From Octopus bimaculoides (taxonomy: Eukaryota), in NCBI RefSeq assembly GCF_001194135.2, contig NC_068991.1:24855278-24897152 (forward strand): a stretch of 41,875 nucleotides of DNA, written 5' to 3'. This document shows positions 34,608-41,875 of this stretch, in pieces. The notes beneath the pieces are model-generated. The model saw nothing but the letters and a program-made list of their open reading frames with translations, was not told the DNA's origin and ran no database searches. A program made the position numbers and the translations under genes. Numbering within the stretch: the first letter of the stretch is position 1; each line of letters starts with the position of its first letter.

Positions 34608-34651
<44 letters not shown>

Positions 34652-35034
34652 NNNNNNNNNNNNNNNNNNNNNNNNNNNNNNNNNNNNNNNNNNNNNNNNN
34701 NNNNNNNNNNNNNNNNNNNNNNNNNNNNNNNNNNNNNNNNNNNNNNNNNNNNNNNNNNNNNNNNNNNNNNNNNNNNNNNNNNNNNNNNNNNNNNNNNNNN
34801 NNNNNNNNNNNNNNNNNNNNNNNNNNNNNNNNNNNNNNNNNNNNNNNNNNNNNNNNNNNNNNNNNNNNNNNNNNNNNNNNNNNNNNNNNNNNNNNNNNNN
34901 NNNNNNNNNNNNNNNNNNNNNNNNNNNNNNNNNNNNNNNNNNNNNNNNNNNNNNNNNNNNNNNNNNNNNNNNNNNNNNNNNNNNNNATATATATAATGTA
35001 TATTAATATACAATCATGTATATGTGTGTGTGTG

Positions 35035-35072
<38 letters not shown>

Positions 35073-35247
35073 AACATATACTATAAATTTATATATATAT
35101 ATGCGTGTATTCATATACAATCGATTATCTTTATGTATATATGTATGTGTTTGTGCATGTATGTATATGTATATATATATATATATATATGTATGTATAC
35201 ATGTATGTATATGCGTATGCATATATATATGTATGTAGCTGTGTGAG

Positions 35248-35640
35248 AACGCAGGCGTGGCTGTGAGGTAAGTAGCTTCCCTACCAGCTACATGGTTCCG
35301 GATGCAATCCCACTGCGTGGCACCTTGGGCAGCTGTCTTCTATGGACTCGAGTCACCCAAAATCTTGTGAGAGGATTTGGTAGACAGAATCTGAATGAAG
35401 CCCGTCGTATATATCTGTGTGTGTGTGTGTGTATATATATGTTTGTGTGTCTGTATTTGTCCACCCGCCATCACTTGATAACCGACGCTGGTGTGCTTCC
35501 GTCCCCATAACTTAGCGTTTCAGCAAGAGATCCATAGAATAAATATTAGGCTTACAAAGAATAAGTCCTGGGGTCGATTTCTTCGACCAAAGACAGTGCG
35601 TTAGCATCACTTCGGTCAAATAACTGAAATAAAAGAGTAA
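35248..35640 (+). mobile_element. SINE family A (full-length)
   Basis: gcaggcgtggctgtgaggtaag head and the shared body and tail. Confidence 0.9.
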
Positions 35641-35705
35641 ATATGTATGTTTGTATATACATGTGTGTTTACATCTATATATATGTAATATGTATATATA
35701 TATGA

Positions 35706-35747
<42 letters not shown>

Positions 35748-35873
35748 AACAATAAGCAACACGGATTTCAAAAGTGATTGCAGTACGCACGTTTCATGCT
35801 ACTTCAATTTATTTAAGTAATGTGAGCATTACCTTAAATGCAATATGAAGAGCAATCTTCAGCTGCACGAAAA

Positions 35874-35949
<76 letters not shown>

Positions 35950-36009
35950 TGTATAGATGTATGAGTATATATATAGATGTATGAGTATATATATATGTAT
36001 GTATGTATG

Positions 36010-36044
<35 letters not shown>

Positions 36045-36114
36045 GTATATAAAACAAATAATAAATGAGTATATGCATATATACGTACAGGTATATGCAT
36101 ACTAGCACCACCAT

Positions 36115-36460
36115 TTCAGCGTGATTGTTACCAGCATCACCTTACTGGCACTTATGCCGGTGGCACGTGAAAAAGCATTCGAGCGAGGTCGTTGCCAGTG
36201 CTGCTGGACTGGCTCCTATGCAGGTGACACGTAAAAAGGCGTCATTTTGAGCGTGGACATTGCCAGTACCGCCTGATTGGACCACGTGCCGGTGGCACGT
36301 AAAAGCACCCACTACACTCTCAGAGTGGTTGGCAATAGGAGGAGCATCCAGCTGTAGAATCAGATTGGAGCCTGGTGCAGCCTTCTGGTTCACCACTCCT
36401 CAGTCAAATCGTCCAACCCATGCTAGCTTGGAAGGTGGACGTTAAACGATGATGATGATA
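36115..36460. repeat. Family C repeat
   Basis: Same core and internal units as 18185-18676. Confidence 0.85.
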
Positions 36461-38590
36461 AATGCATGTATATATATAGTATATATATGTCTACAAATAT
36501 GAGTATATATGTATGTATATATATATATGAGTATATGTATATATATATATATATANNNNNNNNNNNNNNNNNNNNNNNNNNNNNNNNNNNNNNNNNNNNN
36601 NNNNNNNNNNNNNNNNNNNNNNNNNNNNNNNNNNNNNNNNNNNNNNNNNNNNNNNTATATATATATACACACACACAAACGAATGGTTTTAAGTGGTATT
36701 TTTATAAGCTTATAGCGATCACCGTGCAAATGTGTGTACACACACGCACACACAATCAATTATCTAAGTGCCTTTTAGTGCACAAGATCAAAAGAAATTG
36801 CCATTGCTAGTCAATGTTGGTGTTGACTTATTCTTGTAGCGTGACCATCACCGTCACCGCCTTTGTAGATGCCAACGAAGGTACCTTTACGTCATCATTC
36901 AGCCTGCTAGAAAACTATTTTTCAGTTGTCGTTGTAGTAATTGTGGATTTTTAAAGTGTGTCCATATACTATATATATACTATATTAGACATAATGACAA
37001 AGCAATACGGTTAAGGGTGGAAAGAAGAGAGACATAAAAGAAAAGACGCAGTGAAGGAGAGTAATATAAAAGTAACGGGGAGAGGAAGAAAGAGAGCGTG
37101 AAGAAAAGAAAAGAGATAGAGAGAGAGAGGGGAAAGAAAGAGGTTTTATTCCGTCAGTTTAATACGACATACCTTTGTTTTTTTTTCTTTTTTTCACGTC
37201 TTTCCCACTCCTATCAAAATATTTCTCTTTACGTATCAACAAAATTTGTTTATCAGTGAAAAGAGGACATTTTCCTTCGCTCTCCACCAATTAACTTAGC
37301 AGACCGTCAGGTAGGTTGATTATTAATTACAATTAATTAACGGATGAACAACTAAAGTAAAACCGCCAACTTCAAGTTAATTTATTTTATTTGACTTTTC
37401 ATTATTCTTCACTATTTACTGCTCTTGCTCAATCCTTATATAAAGACTGTTTCTAATTGAGCCTAACTGTATTGACTAAGGCTTGGCAAAGTGGTTTATA
37501 TTGAACCTTGAGTCTTGCCTAACTGTTGAATGGGGTCCATAAACACTTGAAACGATTTTGAGCATTAAAGATGCTGAATTATTAGGAATTGAATTTGGAG
37601 GAACGAAGTAATTTAAGGCTAAAACTCATTAATTTCCAGCCAAATATCGATGTAGTAATTAGTTTCGTTAAATACATATTACACATTAGATATTTCGAAT
37701 ATACTGTATTTATGCAATATAACTGAATTTTAATTATTCTTTATCAGTTTCCTTACGTGTGTTCTGTTCATTATATGTCTTTATGTGGGGGACGAGCCGA
37801 CACTTTAAATATTTCTTATTAAAAGTGATAACACAAAAGAACGAAGGAATTTATTTTTGAATCAAGAATTTCTTTCTCTCAATTATACGTTTTAATTTTA
37901 TTTTAGAAATTTACATGAAAGGGGTCAATAAGTTATCAACGATTCACTGAAGGGGTCAATGTTATAAGAAGCTTGTCAACAACACACACACACACACGTA
38001 GTTAGAAAAAAGATTAATATAAACAGGGACTTGGCAACGTTGTCTAATGTGTCCTTTTTAAGTGTGATAAATGCCAGGCACTAAGGGGATTCAGTGAACG
38101 GCACTGCCCTTCTCCTCACTATTCAATGGTGTACCCTCAGATTTAAAAAATACAGTTTACAAAAATCCTCCCGCAACATAAGTTAATGCCCACCCAAAAT
38201 ATTCTGAAGCACCCCCTGGCACCAAGGTCTGGCAACGGGCTTGATGTGAAATGAGCGAGATTTGACTATTATTCCTAGCAAATTGAGCAACTACGTTAGA
38301 TGTTCCGGTGTTTAGGGTTAGGGTTTTCGTTACTCCGAAAACGGGTGGTGTACGTATTCTTTACCCCCGCCGATGTTCCTACTTTTGTCGTTTGCTTTTG
38401 ATTTCAGTTCTTAAAACTTATCCCCACCATCGCCTACTGCTAAGGATCCTGTAGGATCTTAGCTGTTTGGTATAGACATCTGACACCTCTCACTCACGTG
38501 CAGATTTTCCATATTTTAGATCTGTTTTGAGGTCGATGAATCAATTAAGTAAATACAATTGACTTGTTATTTTTTTTACATTGTTTATAC

Positions 38591-38917
38591 CAGTGGTATT
38601 CAACCAGGGTTCATATGATCCCCGAGGCTCCATATAAGATTTTTTTGGGTGTCTTCACGAGCGAAATAGTGATTTCGAGACTCACAGTCGTTATATTAAG
38701 TGTCAATGAAAAACTTTTGCTTCAGATATTTATTGCAAGAAATAGTTAGGTTTCTTTCTAACGCTTTACGTAGTTCAACCTTCACAAGTGAATGTATAAC
38801 GAACAGAGTAGGAATCTTGAAAGAAGTATCTATAAAAGTTGTTTTTAAATATCGAATGACTATATGGGTCCACCAGAGTAAGGGGTCTATAAGTAAAAAA
38901 ATGATTGAGAATCACTG
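38591..38917. mobile_element. hAT-like MITE (older)
   Basis: Termini CAGTGGTATTCAA / TTGAGAATCACTG; flanks match only partly (gtttatac vs gttcaagt). Confidence 0.6.
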
Positions 38918-39279
38918 GTTCAAGTAATCTATATTCCTTATACGAAAGCTCGGACGAGATGAATCAAATTAATTATCAGGAGTACTGTTACATCAGAGGA
39001 TCTGCGGGAAAATCGGGACAGTCTTTCGGTTTATGAACACAAGAGGAAATTTAACATAAGAAATGCCATGACGACATCGATATTTTGAGAAAAAAGAAAA
39101 TGGAAAAAAACTTAAATATTGATAAAGTTGTTTCTTTCTTTTGTTCAGAATCAGAATTTCCATATTTTTAGAAGTGGGATTTCTCAAAAGTTTTCGTGAA
39201 AAAAATAAAAATAAAAAATTTGGGAGAGGGGAAGGAAAATTAAAATATGTGAAAGCAATTTCTTCTTTATTTTATGTAG

Positions 39280-39620
39280 CTTTTATCTTGCTTCACTCAT
39301 TAGATTGCGGCCATGCTGGAGCACCGCCTTGAAGAATTCTAGTCGAACCTATCGACCCCAATACTTGTAATTTTTTTGTAAACCTGGGACTTATTCTATC
39401 AGTCACTTTTGCCGAACTGCTAAATTGCGGGGATGTAAGCACACCAACACTGGTGGTCAAACGGTGGTGGAAGATAAACACACACCCACACGATGGGCTT
39501 CTTACAGTTTCTGTCTACCAAATACACTCACATGGCTTCGTTCAGCCTGAGGCCATAGTAGAAGGCACTTGCCCATGTAGTTCAGAAGCAAATTTTTTTC
39601 AACACAGTCGCGCCTGTGCC
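39280..39620 (-). mobile_element. SINE family A (full-length, minus strand)
   Basis: Reverse complement of the tail (gcggccatgctggagcaccgcc) through the head (cacagtcgcgcctgtgcc). Confidence 0.85.
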
Positions 39621-40057
39621 ATATTTATTTATTTGTTTTTTCTTTTTTGTGAATCACTATATAAACCTTAATTTATTGAAAACATTTGATCCAAAGAAGT
39701 TTTTGCCAGAAAAAAACAAAAAGTGTTATTTGGCATGTCTACCTAGACATGGTGGAATAGGGTTAATATTTCCTCTTTCACAAACCCAAAGAATGCTATC
39801 AAATTAACTCTTTTCGATACTCATCTGCCTGAGACCACATCTGAATCTATGATACAAACTTCCTGTTTTTCACAGAATTAAAGAGGAACTTTCCATCAAA
39901 TTTTCATGCTCATTTTATAGGAAACAGTAATTTCATAACTAAGAACAACAATGATAACAGTAACAACAATATAAAGGGCATGGATACAATGTAGTAGGCA
40001 AGCCCATAAACACACACACAAGCATACATGTGAAACACATATGCGCACACATAGGCA

Positions 40058-40092
<35 letters not shown>

Positions 40093-40594
40093 ACACACAC
40101 ACACACNNNNNNNNNNNNNNNNNNNNNNNNNNNNNNNNNNNNNNNNNNNNNNNNNNNNNNNNNNNNNNNNNNNNNNNNNNNNNNNNNNNNNNNNNNNNNN
40201 NNNNNNNNNNNNNNNNNNNNNNNNNNNNNNNNNNNNNNNNNNNNNNNNNNNNNNNNNNNNNNNNNNNNNNNNNNNNNNNNNNNNNNNNNNNNNNNNNNNN
40301 NNNNNNNNNNNNNNNNNNNNNNNNNNNNNNNNNNNNNNNNNNNNNNNNNNNNNNNNNNNNNNNNNNNNNNNNNNNNNNNNNNNNNNNNNNNNNNNNNNNN
40401 NNNNNNNNNNNNNNNNNNNNNNNNNNNNNNNNNNNNNNNNNNNNNNNNNNNNNNNNNNNNNNNNNNNNNNNNNNNNNNNNNNNNNNNNNNNNNNNNNNNN
40501 NNNNNNNNNNNNNNNNNNNNNNNNNNNNNNNNNNNNNNNACGGAACAGCCTGCTCGTGAAATTAACGTGCAAGTGGCTGAGCACTCCACAGACA

Positions 40595-40870
40595 CGTGTA
40601 CCTTTAACGTAGTTCTCGGGGATATTCAGCTTGACACAGTGTGACAAGGCTGACCCTTTGAGTTACAGGCGCAACAGAAACAGGAAGTAAGAGTGAGAGA
40701 AAGTTGTGGTGAAAGAGTACAGCAGGGTTTGGCACTACCCCCTGCCGGAGCCTCATGGAGCTTTAGGTGTTTTCGCTCAATAAACACTCACAATGCCCGG
40801 TCTGGGAATCGAAACCGCGAACCTCTGACCGCGAGTTCGCTGCCCTAACCACTGGGCCATTGCACCTCCA
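40595..40870 (-). mobile_element. tRNA-derived SINE, family D (Arg-like head)
   Basis: Minus strand: tggaggtgcaaTGGCCCAGTGGttagggcagcgaactcgcggtcagaggttcgcGGTTTCGATTCCC, followed by a non-tRNA body. Octopus tRNA-Arg-derived SINEs (OR1/OR2) are established; exact family not assigned. Confidence 0.85.
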
Positions 40871-41619
40871 CATTCCAACAGAAATATGGCGATGAAAAAG
40901 TGGATACAAATTATTACTTTTGTTTTGTTTGTGCCCACTGTCTGTACAAGGAAGCTTGGATAAGATGAAGAAAATTACCAGAAATATTGTTACACTCAGT
41001 CTGGTCAAAGAGGAACAAAAATGACTACCATACTGTATTATAATGCCTTAGACTCACTCAGTAACTTTGAGTGGGCCTCTGTGATAGTGTTGACATTTCA
41101 CCACTATCATGACAACCAATGTTATTTCTTCTTTAAGTATAAATTTGAAAGCTGAATCAACAGAGAAGAGTTACAACTAGATGAAATCTCCAAGTCTCCA
41201 ATAAATATCCAAGTGGCTAAAAAGTTTCATTGGAAGAGGACCAAGGAGTCATGACCTGGATGTGGCCTGGCCCCTCTTATAAGAATTTAAGGGTTGAAAC
41301 ACTTGCATGAGGAGGTTTTCTTCCCTGAAGACCTTCTGCTGTTCAGCTCTCCTAGGAGTCTCTTACCTTTGCAGAGCTACTGGCTAGATGACACACTCAT
41401 CTTTCCCCCCTCAGCTGACAAACTCAGAGTTTAGTGACATTAATTTACAAAAGATATTTGCTGATGACAGTCTTTATGCATTCTAAGTATGTCACAAGGT
41501 TTCCAGACATGAGTTCTACTCACGTGTCAAGTTTCATCAAAATCAATAAAACGATGTAAGAGGAGTTAGCTAACGATGCCACAAACGAACACACTGATTT
41601 TCCACATATGTAGTAGATG

Positions 41620-41639
41620 CATATATGTATATATGTATG

Positions 41640-41677
<38 letters not shown>

Positions 41678-41826
41678 CATCTATACATATTAATCTATAA
41701 ATATACATCTATATATACATACATATATATGTACATACTTATAGATATATACACATACATGCATATACATATATATACATACATATATACGTACGCACTT
41801 ATATATACACATATATACATGCATAC

Positions 41827-41875
<49 letters not shown>
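41620..41875. repeat. Compound (CA)n/(TA)n low-complexity tract
   Basis: Read directly from the sequence. Confidence 0.95.

Noticed and set aside
34569-36810. Several long ORFs rich in YI/HT repeats or X
   Set aside because: Produced by (TA)n/(CA)n microsatellites and N gaps (34652-34986, 36556-36655).
39896-40647. ORFs of 172-245 aa
   Set aside because: Mostly the N gap 40107-40539 plus (CA)n; not evidence of coding.
40795-40870. tRNA-Arg-like gene on the minus strand
   Set aside because: The acceptor stem does not close, and the head runs directly into a SINE body; it is a SINE head.
41460-41520. CTGATGA as a second hammerhead core
   Set aside because: No correctly placed GAAA or stems. 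The same applies to the CTGATGA at 6592, 20583 (Tc1 SDE codons) and 24261.

Overview
AT-rich, microsatellite- and SINE-dense animal DNA whose repeat families point to a cephalopod (Octopus; inference). Seven N gaps indicate a draft assembly. The left ~28-31 kb is one minus-strand, multi-exon C2H2 zinc-finger gene that I read as a ZNF410 orthologue. Six coding exons join in frame with GT-AG sites: 15579-15337, 13556-13235, 12756-12579, 11190-11009, 8353-8264 and 2938-2717. They encode five fingers closely matching vertebrate ZNF410 plus one extra divergent N-terminal finger. The 5' leader appears multi-exonic (candidates ~30960-30755, 27919-27835, 15956-15820, 15753-) and carries long uORFs, one overlapping the main start. 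The introns and 3' flank hold a near full-length DD37D maT transposon, a full-length decayed DD34E Tc1, mariner/Tc1 fragments, CR1 and RTE LINE remnants, hAT and piggyBac-like MITEs, Helitron ends, a solo LTR with a 5-bp TSD, a degenerate hammerhead-like motif and many tRNA-derived SINEs. CpG depletion stops sharply near 27 kb; two promoter-like islands follow (28.3-28.6 kb and 30.9-31.05 kb). The right ~11 kb has no supportable protein-coding gene. All calls were made by eye, and comparisons to human ZNF410 are from memory and need alignment.
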